Source of the DNA: a virus
Taxonomy: Duplodnaviria; Caudoviricetes
DNA: 64,000 nucleotides
Strand: one strand, 5' to 3'
Virus record (IMG/VR): IMGVR_UViG_3300020420_000671
Shown: positions 48,611-57,961 of the stretch, in pieces
Layout of the letters: each line of letters starts with the position of its first letter
Position numbering within the stretch: the first letter of the stretch is position 1
Notes under the pieces: model-generated
What the model saw: only the letters and a program-made list of their open reading frames with translations
Database searches by the model: none
Told to the model about the DNA's origin: nothing
Program-made: the position numbers and the translations under genes

Positions 48611-49696
48611 ATGAGATTTAGAGATATTAAAATTGCTGAAGCGAATAAAGGATCTAACGTAGTAAGGTATAACACCGAACTGGCGATGTTGACTGCTTTC
48701 AGTGGAGGAACAACTTTAAAAGATATTCCAGATGAAGCACTTGTCAATCCTAAAGCAACAAAAGTTGAAATAAAAAAGGTAGCCAAGTACTTTGATCAAA
48801 AAAAGTTTGATCAATGGATGACAATTAGTAATACATATAAAGAAAAAATATTATCTCATAGTGGAAAATTACCTCAACAATATGATTGGGTTGGCGGAAG
48901 CAACATAGGACCAGTAGCTGATTTAGTATTTAAGGATCATCCAGCTAGTGGAATAAGTGTAAAAGACGCATCCGGAATTACTCTAGCAAATCTAACACCT
49001 AAGGCTCTAGGTTTGGAACCATTGAAGGGCAAAGATGTGTTTCAATCATATGCTGATAAAGAATTTAAAAAATTTAAGATAAGAGTTTTTAATTTAATGA
49101 TGGACGAAGCAGAAGCAAGTCCTGGACAAGTTATACATCCAAGACCTAGTGGAAAAGAACGAAGTATGATGTTCGATGAAGAAAGTAAAAAATTTGTAAT
49201 TAAATATGACAAAGGTGTATTGAATCTTGATAGGAATGAAGTAATAAGAACTTCACCAAAAAATGCTTTATGGCAAAGAGTATTTGGTGATTGGTATCAA
49301 TCTAATTTTCAAAAATACAAAGACATAATGCGGCCACTTGTAAAAACAATTTCAAGAAGCTTCAAAGAAATAATGGGTAATGCTCTTTCAGATAGTGATA
49401 CCCTAAAAAAACTTTTACAGTTTGAAGACAAACCTTACTACTATGCTACTCCAAAAAAAATGTATTTTGTTCCGTCTGCCAAAGAGGCAGGAGATCTAGA
49501 ACTTAAAGCAATTGACTATGATGATCCAGATGGTACCAGTCAATTATTTAAAGCAAAGATTGGTAATGTTAACAGTGACGATGGAGCAGTCATAGATATC
49601 TACATACGTTTTGCAAATGGATTATTTGCTACTAATTCAACAGCCCGAGTACAAAGTATTAAGAACCCTGAACTGATAGCTTGGGACCTCATATAA
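48611..49696 (+). CDS. Putative PD-(D/E)xK nuclease-like protein with capsid-targeting-like leader
   Basis: N-terminus MRFRDIKIAE; ADLVF...GISVK motif. Confidence 0.5.
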   Translation: MRFRDIKIAEANKGSNVVRYNTELAMLTAFSGGTTLKDIPDEALVNPKATKVEIKKVAKYFDQKKFDQWMTISNTYKEKILSHSGKLPQQYDWVGGSNIGPVADLVFKDHPASGISVKDASGITLANLTPKALGLEPLKGKDVFQSYADKEFKKFKIRVFNLMMDEAEASPGQVIHPRPSGKERSMMFDEESKKFVIKYDKGVLNLDRNEVIRTSPKNALWQRVFGDWYQSNFQKYKDIMRPLVKTISRSFKEIMGNALSDSDTLKKLLQFEDKPYYYATPKKMYFVPSAKEAGDLELKAIDYDDPDGTSQLFKAKIGNVNSDDGAVIDIYIRFANGLFATNSTARVQSIKNPELIAWDLI

Positions 49697-49709
49697 AATA
49701 AGTAATAGT

Positions 49710-50558
49710 ATGGACTATTACGATCTATTAGGCGTATCAAGACAAGCCTCCGACAAAGACTTAAAAAATGCTTTCAAAAACAAAGCCAGAGAACACCATC
49801 CCGACAAAGGTGGTGATCCTGAAAAGTTCAAACAAGTCAACGAGGCTTATCAAAATTTAAGCGATCCTCAAAAGCGTCAGATGTATGATCAATTTGGAAC
49901 TACTGACCCACAACAAGCAGGTTTCAATCAAGGCGGACAAACTTTCCATTTTACAGGAGATGGCTTTGGTGGTGGTATTAACATTAATGATATAATGAAC
50001 CAATTCGGTATGGGTGGTTTTGGACAAAGACAAATGGCTAACCAGGATGTCACGATCGGGTGTAGGATAACACTTAATGAAATATATACTGGTAAGAATG
50101 TTATTGCTAATTATAGACTTAATAATGGACAAGAACAAACTGTAGACATAAAGATTCCACCTGGAATAATTCCCGGAGATAAAATTAAATATTCAGGAAT
50201 GGGTCAAAGGGATATAAATGGTATTCCTCCAGGAGATCTATATGTTCAAATTCAAGTTTTAAGAGATAGAGATTGGGCTATCAATGGACTGGATTTGTTG
50301 ACAGAAAAGAAAGTGAGTGTTTTAGATTTGATGACAGGAACAACATTTAATGTAGACACTCCGGCAGGCAACAGTATAAGACTTACAATTCCAAAAGGCA
50401 CACAACCTAATACTGTATTCAACGTAACAGGAAAAGGCTTACATAACAGAAGAACAGGTAATATAGGAAACATACATGTCAAAATAATAGGTACAGTTCC
50501 TAAAAATTTAGACAACGAAGATGTAAACGCAATTGAGCAAATACGGAGAAAAAATTAG
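49710..50558 (+). CDS. dnaJ: DnaJ-family co-chaperone (J-domain plus C-terminal domain, no Zn finger)
   Basis: DYYDLLGV...HHPDKGGD..KFKQVNEAY; G/F-rich linker; GDLYVQI. Confidence 0.93.
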   Translation: MDYYDLLGVSRQASDKDLKNAFKNKAREHHPDKGGDPEKFKQVNEAYQNLSDPQKRQMYDQFGTTDPQQAGFNQGGQTFHFTGDGFGGGININDIMNQFGMGGFGQRQMANQDVTIGCRITLNEIYTGKNVIANYRLNNGQEQTVDIKIPPGIIPGDKIKYSGMGQRDINGIPPGDLYVQIQVLRDRDWAINGLDLLTEKKVSVLDLMTGTTFNVDTPAGNSIRLTIPKGTQPNTVFNVTGKGLHNRRTGNIGNIHVKIIGTVPKNLDNEDVNAIEQIRRKN

Positions 50559-50587
50559 TTGACAAATATGTGTGAAATATGTATAAT
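50559..50587 (+). promoter_or_regulatory. Perfect sigma70 promoter overlapping a late TAAATA, upstream of clpA
   Basis: TTGACA-N17-TATAAT-AAATA. Confidence 0.85.
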
Positions 50588-50613
50588 AAATAAAAAATTA
50601 GGAGTGTATAAGA

Positions 50614-52875
50614 ATGGTTGAACCATCTGAAGAATTACAGGTAGTTTTTGAAAAAGCAAATAAAGATGCTAAAAAGTTAAAACATGATTATGTTACTTTA
50701 GAGCACTTGTTTTTTGCGATGTGTTGTAGTGACAACTTTATGAAGATACTAGAAGGGTATGGAGTAACTATTACAAAACTTAAAGACGAACTACATGACT
50801 ATCTTCAAAACAAATTAGATGATATCAAGAGAACTGACGACAAGCCGTATAAACCAAAGAAAACACAAACTGTTGAAAGAGTCATGAACAGAGCTTTCAC
50901 TCAAGTCTTGTTTAGTGGTAGACAGCATATTGATATTACTGATGTATTTTTATCTATGCTTAATGAGAAAAAATCATTCAGCACATACATTGCGACAGCA
51001 AACGGAGTTAACAAAGATAAGTTTAATGAATATATTAACGCCGAATATGTTAGCACTATCGAAGATGAGGAATTAGCAGGAGTTGCCCAAAGGGCTTTAA
51101 GAGCATTTACGACTAACCTCAATACTAAAGTTACGCAAGGTAAAATAGATCCTGTAATTGGCAGACAAGACGAGCTTGAAACGATATGTTTAAGTTTAGG
51201 TAGGCGTTTAAAGAATAACGTTTTGCTAGTAGGAGATCCAGGCGTTGGTAAAACTGCTATAGCCGAAGGTTTAGCATATAGAATTGTTAACAAAGTTGTT
51301 CCTAAGTTCCTAGAAGAATATAGTGTTTACAATCTAGATATAGGCTCAATGTTAGCAGGCTCTAAATATAGAGGAGACTTTGAAGAAAGATTTAAATTAG
51401 TTATGTCAGCTATTAAAAAGCAAGGCAAAACAATAGTATTCATTGATGAAGCACACATGATTAACGGTGCTGGTGCTGGTGGCGGAAACAGCTCAAATGA
51501 TTTGGCCAATATGTTGAAACCAGCTCTAGGTAAAGGTGACATCAAGGTTGTTGCTTCAACCACTTGGGAAGAATATAGAAAATACTTTGAGAAAGATAGA
51601 GCACTAATGCGTAGATTTCAACGTGTAAGTGTTGATGAACCTGATAAGAAAACTTCAGAAGATATCCTTAAAGGTATTAAAAAGTATTACGAGGACTTTC
51701 ATAACGTAGTAATTACAGATGAGGCGATTGACGAGTCAATCAAATTAAGTGTCAAATACATGACTGATAAAAAATTACCTGATAAAGCTATTGACTTGAT
51801 TGATCTAGCATGTTCAAGATTTAATTTGAAAGAAAAAGTACCGGAAGTTAAGACTGTAACTCCTGAAGAAATAAAGTTCGAACTTGCTAAGGTAGTAAAT
51901 TTACCTCCAGAACAAATACAACAAAAAGAAACAAATAATTTAAGTAAACTTAATAAAAACTTAAAACTAAATGTATATGGCCAGGATAATGCTATAGATG
52001 AAATAGTTGATAAGATCTTGGTAGCACAGGCAGGACTTAAATCAGAAGATAAACCAATTGGTTCATTTGTTTTCATGGGTCCAACTGGTGTAGGTAAAAC
52101 TGAATTAGCAAAACAATTGGCTAAACATTTAAGCATTAATTTAGCAAGATTTGATATGAGTGAATATCAAGAGAAACATAGTGTAAGTAAGCTGATTGGT
52201 TCACCTCCAGGATATGTTGGTCATGATGAACATTCAGGACAGTTGATTAATAAACTACAGGAACATCCTAATTGTGTATTGTTACTAGATGAAGTAGAAA
52301 AAGCACATCCTGATATTTCGCAAATTCTATTACAGTTAATGGATAACGGAAAAATTACAGGTAGTGACGGTAAAGAAGCAGACGCTAGAAATTGTATTTT
52401 AATATTAACAACTAATCTTGGTGCTGAGCAGGCAGAAAAAAATACAATAGGATTTAGTCAAGATATGGATATCGCTTATGGAGATGAGGAATTTAAAAGA
52501 TTCTTTGCTCCTGAATTTAGAAATAGACTTGACGGTGTTGTTGTGTTTGGAAAACTAGACAAACCAATTATGTTAAAAATTGTTGGAAAATTCCTAGTTG
52601 AGTTGAGAAATATGTTAACGGATAAAAATGTAAAATGTGAAATATCTGATTCTGCTTTAGATCATCTAGTCGATAATGGGTTTGATAGCAAGATGGGTGC
52701 TAGACCTATGCAGAGATACATAGACAAAAACATTAAACGTCCTTTAAGTAAATTACTGTTGTTCGGTGAATTAAAAGATGGCGGCACAGTAAAAATTGAT
52801 ATTGAAAAAGATCAAATAAAACTTATTCCACTAGAAAAAAAGGTCACCCATGTTACTGAAAAAGAAAACAGCTAG
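50614..52875 (+). CDS. clpA: Clp ATPase (ClpA type; two AAA+ domains, no middle domain)
   Basis: Clp-N domain, GDPGVGKT, KYRGDFEER, FIDEAH, GPTGVGKT, DMSEY.EKH.VSKLIGSPPGYVG, IGF loop, PEFRNRLD, GARP. Confidence 0.94.
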   Translation: MVEPSEELQVVFEKANKDAKKLKHDYVTLEHLFFAMCCSDNFMKILEGYGVTITKLKDELHDYLQNKLDDIKRTDDKPYKPKKTQTVERVMNRAFTQVLFSGRQHIDITDVFLSMLNEKKSFSTYIATANGVNKDKFNEYINAEYVSTIEDEELAGVAQRALRAFTTNLNTKVTQGKIDPVIGRQDELETICLSLGRRLKNNVLLVGDPGVGKTAIAEGLAYRIVNKVVPKFLEEYSVYNLDIGSMLAGSKYRGDFEERFKLVMSAIKKQGKTIVFIDEAHMINGAGAGGGNSSNDLANMLKPALGKGDIKVVASTTWEEYRKYFEKDRALMRRFQRVSVDEPDKKTSEDILKGIKKYYEDFHNVVITDEAIDESIKLSVKYMTDKKLPDKAIDLIDLACSRFNLKEKVPEVKTVTPEEIKFELAKVVNLPPEQIQQKETNNLSKLNKNLKLNVYGQDNAIDEIVDKILVAQAGLKSEDKPIGSFVFMGPTGVGKTELAKQLAKHLSINLARFDMSEYQEKHSVSKLIGSPPGYVGHDEHSGQLINKLQEHPNCVLLLDEVEKAHPDISQILLQLMDNGKITGSDGKEADARNCILILTTNLGAEQAEKNTIGFSQDMDIAYGDEEFKRFFAPEFRNRLDGVVVFGKLDKPIMLKIVGKFLVELRNMLTDKNVKCEISDSALDHLVDNGFDSKMGARPMQRYIDKNIKRPLSKLLLFGELKDGGTVKIDIEKDQIKLIPLEKKVTHVTEKENS

Positions 52876-53533
52876 TCTCTTTTACAACAAGTATCTTTAT
52901 AAGCTAAGACTACGTAACCCTATTGGTGCTATTTTTAGGGGTATGAATCTAGGATTTGCTAAACAAAAGCTAGATGAAATGCAAAGAGATGCTGAAGCAG
53001 ATATATCAATTAAGAGTCCATTCCGTGTTTGGCGTGGTGAATCGAAACACATTAGCTTAGAATTGTTCATGGATAATTGCGTAATTTATTCTTTTTTAGA
53101 GAATAACAAGGCAAAAGCATCAGTACGTTGTGAAGGACAAAAACTCGATATCTATTCCAACGAACCTAATTGGTTATTGGAACTAGCAGAAAAAATTGGA
53201 GCAATTGAATTCCATGAGCCTGCCACAGATGATATAGCAAATTTTTTAGCTAACAATGCTGTAAACACAGTAGTTACAGATAAAGACAATGAATGGCCTT
53301 ACAAAGCCTTTTTAGCAAAAAGAGTTGATAGTAGATTTGCTGATTTTTGTAGACAAAATTCAAAGCACATAAAAATAGGAAACAGAGCATTAAGGGCTAT
53401 AGAAAAAGACCATTGGACACAAGGTTTTTACTTTAGATGTAAAACAGAAAAATATCTTATGTTAGCTAAGATAGCCGCAGGAACTGGAATTACCAAAGTC
53501 ATCAAATATGTTAGCGAGAACGATTTGGCATAA
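52850..53533 (+). CDS. Hypothetical protein
   Basis: 227-aa ORF. Confidence 0.75.
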   Translation: MLLKKKTASLFYNKYLYKLRLRNPIGAIFRGMNLGFAKQKLDEMQRDAEADISIKSPFRVWRGESKHISLELFMDNCVIYSFLENNKAKASVRCEGQKLDIYSNEPNWLLELAEKIGAIEFHEPATDDIANFLANNAVNTVVTDKDNEWPYKAFLAKRVDSRFADFCRQNSKHIKIGNRALRAIEKDHWTQGFYFRCKTEKYLMLAKIAAGTGITKVIKYVSENDLA

Positions 53534-53541
53534 ATACTTGT

Positions 53542-53883
53542 ATGCCAAGTAGTAGTGAAATAATTTTATCAGCAAACACACATCCTGGAGATAGCACGAC
53601 TGAAACTATCACAGGAAGTAACTTTCGTGGTGATGGTTATTACGGTAGAGCAGACGGTTTACACACCGTAATGTATGATTATACCGGTTTAACTGGAACA
53701 ATTACCATACAAGGAACGTTAGCTACAACACCAACAGATTCTGATTGGTTTGACGTAGATTCTATTACTGCGTCAACAGAAACAGCAATCAAGTATGCTA
53801 ATTTTACTGGTAACTTTGTTTACATTAGAGCTAAGGTTGTATACACAGACGGTACAATAAATAGTATCAGAATGAATCATTAA
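53542..53883 (+). CDS. Probable virion protein (beta-sandwich)
   Basis: TAAATA-N5-ATG; GTITIQGTLA....DWF...FTGNFVYIRA. Confidence 0.7.
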   Translation: MPSSSEIILSANTHPGDSTTETITGSNFRGDGYYGRADGLHTVMYDYTGLTGTITIQGTLATTPTDSDWFDVDSITASTETAIKYANFTGNFVYIRAKVVYTDGTINSIRMNH

Positions 53884-53892
53884 GGAAGTGCT

Positions 53893-54159
53893 ATGGAAAA
53901 CTTTATCAACATCGTTTTTGACACAAAGCAAGAAGTAGATGACATAGTTGTCTCTGAAGTAGCAACATCAGCATCAAATGCCTTACTAGAAGAAGAAACA
54001 GGCTACGAGCTGTACGACACAAACGATGGCAAAACAGTTCTAACAGTTGAAACACATGTACAACTAGATGAACAAGCGTCAAATGATGTGGCAAAGAAAA
54101 TAGCAAATAAATTATTTGATTTAGGATATAATAACTTTGACATTGAAGTGAGTGTCTAA
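53893..54159 (+). CDS. Acidic hypothetical protein
   Basis: 88 aa; SD AAGGA. Confidence 0.7.
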   Translation: MENFINIVFDTKQEVDDIVVSEVATSASNALLEEETGYELYDTNDGKTVLTVETHVQLDEQASNDVAKKIANKLFDLGYNNFDIEVSV

Positions 54160-55229
54160 TGCGTTTTTATCATTTTAAACTAGACGAAAAGGTTCGACCG
54201 CCACGTCCTCAGACTGGTTTAGATCCTGAGCGTCTAAAAAAAATTGATAGAATTACACGTAAACTACAAAGCGATCCTGAACTAGTAGATGAAATTTTTA
54301 CCCAGATAAGCACTAAAGCAAAAGACATAGAAGGCAATTTTATTAATAGATTTATAGCTATGTTGAATCCGGATAATACTAGACCGGAAGCAGATCAAGC
54401 ATTTTCAAACTTTTTAAGAAAGTATGCTGAAGTTATTTCCGAAGTTGAAAGTACAACAGAAGAAAAATTTGCTTTTATTGGTAATCTAGGAAAGAAAAGC
54501 TATGTAGACACAGGTAAACTTTTAAAGCCAGGAAAGTCAAGCTGGGACGATTGGTTAGCAAATGACGACTTTGCCAGAAAATTATTTGACCATGCGTTCG
54601 GCGATCCAAGACTTACTACTGACAATAAGGGTCCAGGCGAAGCGGCCCTGGCTATTCTTTCTCCAGATATAAAATTATCAATTGGCGGAAGTGGTGACAT
54701 AGAAGTAAAAAATACACCAGTTGAAGTAAAAGCGGCGGCTGGACAAAGCACAGGTGCTGGAAGGCTTACTCCAACAAAAAACACTCTCGGTAATTATGAT
54801 TCTAAGGTAGTAGCTAAAATGTTATTTCCAAACGATCAAACCAAGCAAGATGCGTTAAATCAAAATTATAGAAACTGTTCAGCAAATATTTTTGGTAAAT
54901 TTGTAGAAGATTTTCAACTAGAGACTAATCAAGTACAAACTTTACTATCTAATATATTCAAAGAAGAAAGCATACAAGACATGGTTTCTAAGGTTGCGGC
55001 AAAGGGTAAAAACATAACTGGAAAAGACCTTCTTGGATTAAGCATTTACAATTACGGTAGATCACAAAATGATGAACATTTTTTAATACTTGTTAAGTCC
55101 ACTAGATCCAGCTTATATTTCCAGATAGACAATTGGGATCAGCCTGGTCTACAATTTGGTTTAACTGTGTTTGGAAGCGATGCACGTACTGTAGGTCAAA
55201 CGCAAATTGGAATCTTAAAGAGAGCTTAA
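54159..55229 (+). CDS. Putative PD-(D/E)xK nuclease-like protein with capsid-targeting-like leader
   Basis: N-terminus MRFYHFKLDE; GPGEAAL...SGDIEV....VEVKA. Confidence 0.55.
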   Translation: MRFYHFKLDEKVRPPRPQTGLDPERLKKIDRITRKLQSDPELVDEIFTQISTKAKDIEGNFINRFIAMLNPDNTRPEADQAFSNFLRKYAEVISEVESTTEEKFAFIGNLGKKSYVDTGKLLKPGKSSWDDWLANDDFARKLFDHAFGDPRLTTDNKGPGEAALAILSPDIKLSIGGSGDIEVKNTPVEVKAAAGQSTGAGRLTPTKNTLGNYDSKVVAKMLFPNDQTKQDALNQNYRNCSANIFGKFVEDFQLETNQVQTLLSNIFKEESIQDMVSKVAAKGKNITGKDLLGLSIYNYGRSQNDEHFLILVKSTRSSLYFQIDNWDQPGLQFGLTVFGSDARTVGQTQIGILKRA

Positions 55230-55577
55230 ATTTTTTTCTCTATCTAAAAACTTATATTCAACTTTTTCTGGTTCAAACTGCTGTAAGGCATCAAATACTT
55301 TTTGTATATCTAAAGGACCGCATGTATAAACATCTAATTGTATTAACCCAGGTTTACATTCATCCCAAACATGTATAGCAACATGACTGGTTTCTATAAC
55401 AGTCACACAGGTAATACCTCTATTGCCTTCCATATCGCAATACTTTGCGTAGGGACCTAGCATGATTCTCATGCCTATTGACTCTATTAAACTTTTTGCC
55501 CAACCCACTATTTGATGTTCGTTATTAGGTGGATTCTTTACTTCTGACCTAACAATCAGATGCTTGTGCTGTAACAT
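55215..55577 (-). CDS. speD: S-adenosylmethionine decarboxylase proenzyme
   Basis: KHLI, GNRGITCVTVIETSHVAIHVWDE, IQLDVYTC. Confidence 0.88.
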   Translation of the reverse strand: MLQHKHLIVRSEVKNPPNNEHQIVGWAKSLIESIGMRIMLGPYAKYCDMEGNRGITCVTVIETSHVAIHVWDECKPGLIQLDVYTCGPLDIQKVFDALQQFEPEKVEYKFLDREKNLSSL

Positions 55578-55620
55578 AAGCGTATCCTTTTTAGGTTCTA
55601 CTTATCTCGAACTAACTTTT

Positions 55621-55644
55621 GTATTTACATATATTGATAAATAC
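55621..55644. promoter_or_regulatory. Back-to-back late promoters (inverted repeat)
   Basis: GTATTTA-N10-TAAATAC between speD and the head-cargo cluster. Confidence 0.6.
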
Positions 55645-55672
55645 TTTATAATAACGTATACAAGGTGTTATC

Positions 55673-56542
55673 ATGACAAAAACATTTAAAGATTATCTAA
55701 AAGAAAGCGGTTTACAGTACTATACTGGTGTTAAAAAACACGGTGAAGAGTACATGAAAAAAGCGGCTAAAGCAGGTCGTGAAGGAGCTAGCCAAGAAGA
55801 ACTAGGACGCCTAAAGGACAAATACAGTAAAGCAGAAAAGAATAAAAAAACTACTGAAGCTGATATGCAACGTGGCATGGGTGCTTTAGATAAATTTAGA
55901 GAATTATATAGAAAAGGTATTGGCACAAATGATGACGAAGTTGTTTTGAAAGAGTTGATTGACGTAATTAATGATGATACTTTACAAGATGATTTTCCAC
56001 AACTTAAATCTTTTACAAGTGCATCACCGTTTGACGACTCAGAGATAGTCCAAGCAAAAGATGTACCTGGAAATAGTGCTGATGAAAAAATTATGTCACT
56101 CATAAAAGCAATTGATGATGATTCATGGGTAGATGGTTTCGCTCAAATGTTGACGAAAGATTTCAACATGAGTGATAATGAAGAACTTGATAGAGTTCAG
56201 GAACTTGCTGGTGTACAAACAAATGAAGAAACATATGATGGAGATGATTTCTATAATAACTATGGTGACATGTGGTACAACGAAGATGAGATCATGGACG
56301 AAGCAGAATATCAAGGACGTAAAGTAAAGCTAGGCAAACCAATGCGTGGCGATGTAAAAAAGTTCAAAGTATACGTTAAAGATCCAAAAACTAAAAATGT
56401 TAAAAAAGTAAACTTTGGTGATCCTAACATGAAAATTAAAAAATCTAATCCGGCACGTAGAAGAAGTTTCCGTGCTAGACACAACTGTGATAATCCAGGA
56501 CCAAGAACAAAAGCTAGATATTGGTCATGTAGGAAATGGTAA
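55673..56542 (+). CDS. Modular internal-head-like protein with C-terminal DUF6321-like basic module
   Basis: MTKTFKDYLKE leader; C-terminal KKVNFG...RRRSFRARHNCD.PG...KARYWSC. Confidence 0.75.
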   Translation: MTKTFKDYLKESGLQYYTGVKKHGEEYMKKAAKAGREGASQEELGRLKDKYSKAEKNKKTTEADMQRGMGALDKFRELYRKGIGTNDDEVVLKELIDVINDDTLQDDFPQLKSFTSASPFDDSEIVQAKDVPGNSADEKIMSLIKAIDDDSWVDGFAQMLTKDFNMSDNEELDRVQELAGVQTNEETYDGDDFYNNYGDMWYNEDEIMDEAEYQGRKVKLGKPMRGDVKKFKVYVKDPKTKNVKKVNFGDPNMKIKKSNPARRRSFRARHNCDNPGPRTKARYWSCRKW

Positions 56543-56896
56543 ATGAAAATATTTGAAATTTTTAATAAAGAAATAGAAGATAAAATGCCCTACGATGTAG
56601 TAGATGACGTTCATTTTCATTTGCTTAATGACGATATGTTTTATAGAAAATATTATCTTCCGTGTATGGAAAAAATAAGAGCAGAGAAAAATGAAAAAGT
56701 GATTCAAGGTCATATGGATCCTATGATCCATAAAGGAATCAATCATTATGTTATAAAATATGACATAGATAAAACACCCACTGATTTAATGACTCCAGAG
56801 GAAGTAAAATCATTAAAGGACAGGGTTTTGGATCACGAACGAAATCCTGATAAGGAGTTACAAAGTGCACCTGAGACAGATATTCGAAGACCGTAA
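56543..56896 (+). CDS. Hypothetical protein with CTS-like leader
   Basis: MKIFEIFNKE. Confidence 0.72.
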   Translation: MKIFEIFNKEIEDKMPYDVVDDVHFHLLNDDMFYRKYYLPCMEKIRAEKNEKVIQGHMDPMIHKGINHYVIKYDIDKTPTDLMTPEEVKSLKDRVLDHERNPDKELQSAPETDIRRP

Positions 56897-57749
56897 AACG
56901 GCTGTCTTTGCTTTAGGTAGACTGAATCCAGCTACCATTGGCCATGAAAGACTAGTTAACAAAATCAAAGAACAAAAAGGTGATCCTTTCCTTTTCTTAA
57001 CTGACCGACCATCAAAATTACCTGACGATCCTTTAGCACCGCAAGAAAAATTAGAGTGGGCACAAAAAAGTTTTGACGGAATACAAATTAGATTAGCAAA
57101 AACAATAGCTACAGCGGCAAATCAATTATATAGACAAGGTTACAATGAAATTACATTCTTAGAAGGTGAAGATAAATTATTTAATATACTTAAAAATTAC
57201 AACGGAAAGTTTGATGGCAAAAAAGGTCCTATTGAATTTCCCTTTAAGTTCGATAAATTAAATTACGTTAGGCTAGAAAGAAATGCTGACGATCCTGGTG
57301 CTTCAGGAATGAGTGCTACAAAGCTAAGACAATTTGCTCAAAATAATGATCTAGAAAAATTTACTTCAGGACTAGCTCAAAAGGCACAACCAAATGCGGA
57401 AAAAATGATGCGTCAGTTACAAGGAGCATTAGGTGTTGATCCTGTTGAAGAAGATTTACAAGAGCTAGAAGTAAAACAGCAAAAACCAAAGATAGATGTA
57501 TTGAATAACATTGCCGCAAGGACAGATGGAAGACCTTTTCCTTTGAGTTGGAACGCAGGTAAAGATGAAATATCAGTTGGAGGTAAAATGTTTGTATCTC
57601 CAAAGACAGCAAATAAATTTTTACGTTTCTTCGATAATCAAGAAAAGGAAAATCAAGAACTTATGAAAAAAGCACTAGGAAGTGCTAAAACAGCCGCTCA
57701 GCTTTTTAAAAATTTAGGCTTTGAATTTAAACTTGATATGGAGAGATAA
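56865..57749 (+). CDS. HIGH-family nucleotidyltransferase (phage cytidyltransferase-like) with CTS-like leader
   Basis: MHLRQIFE; FALGRLNPATIGH..L, PL..QEK, GMSATKLR. Confidence 0.8.
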   Translation: MHLRQIFEDRKTAVFALGRLNPATIGHERLVNKIKEQKGDPFLFLTDRPSKLPDDPLAPQEKLEWAQKSFDGIQIRLAKTIATAANQLYRQGYNEITFLEGEDKLFNILKNYNGKFDGKKGPIEFPFKFDKLNYVRLERNADDPGASGMSATKLRQFAQNNDLEKFTSGLAQKAQPNAEKMMRQLQGALGVDPVEEDLQELEVKQQKPKIDVLNNIAARTDGRPFPLSWNAGKDEISVGGKMFVSPKTANKFLRFFDNQEKENQELMKKALGSAKTAAQLFKNLGFEFKLDMER

Positions 57750-57961
57750 TGGATATTAAAACTCTTCAAAAACTTGCTGGCATAAATGAATTTCAAGGTT
57801 ACAGACCTGTTAGCATAGAAAATATGAGTCATACTGCTAGTGCTTTGAAGGCAAAGGAAAAGCGTTTAGGAGTAAAACCAGGCGATCGCGATTGGTTCAA
57901 GTTGTGGTTTAACTTACCTTACCTTACTGGTCCTGCTCAATTTAGGAGTAGAAAGAAATGA
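57749..57961 (+). CDS. Small protein with CTS-like leader
   Basis: MDIKTLQKLAGINE. Confidence 0.7.
   Translation: MDIKTLQKLAGINEFQGYRPVSIENMSHTASALKAKEKRLGVKPGDRDWFKLWFNLPYLTGPAQFRSRKK

Noticed and set aside
50901-52136. Three antisense ORFs within clpA
   Set aside because: Typical antisense shadows of conserved Clp ATPases.
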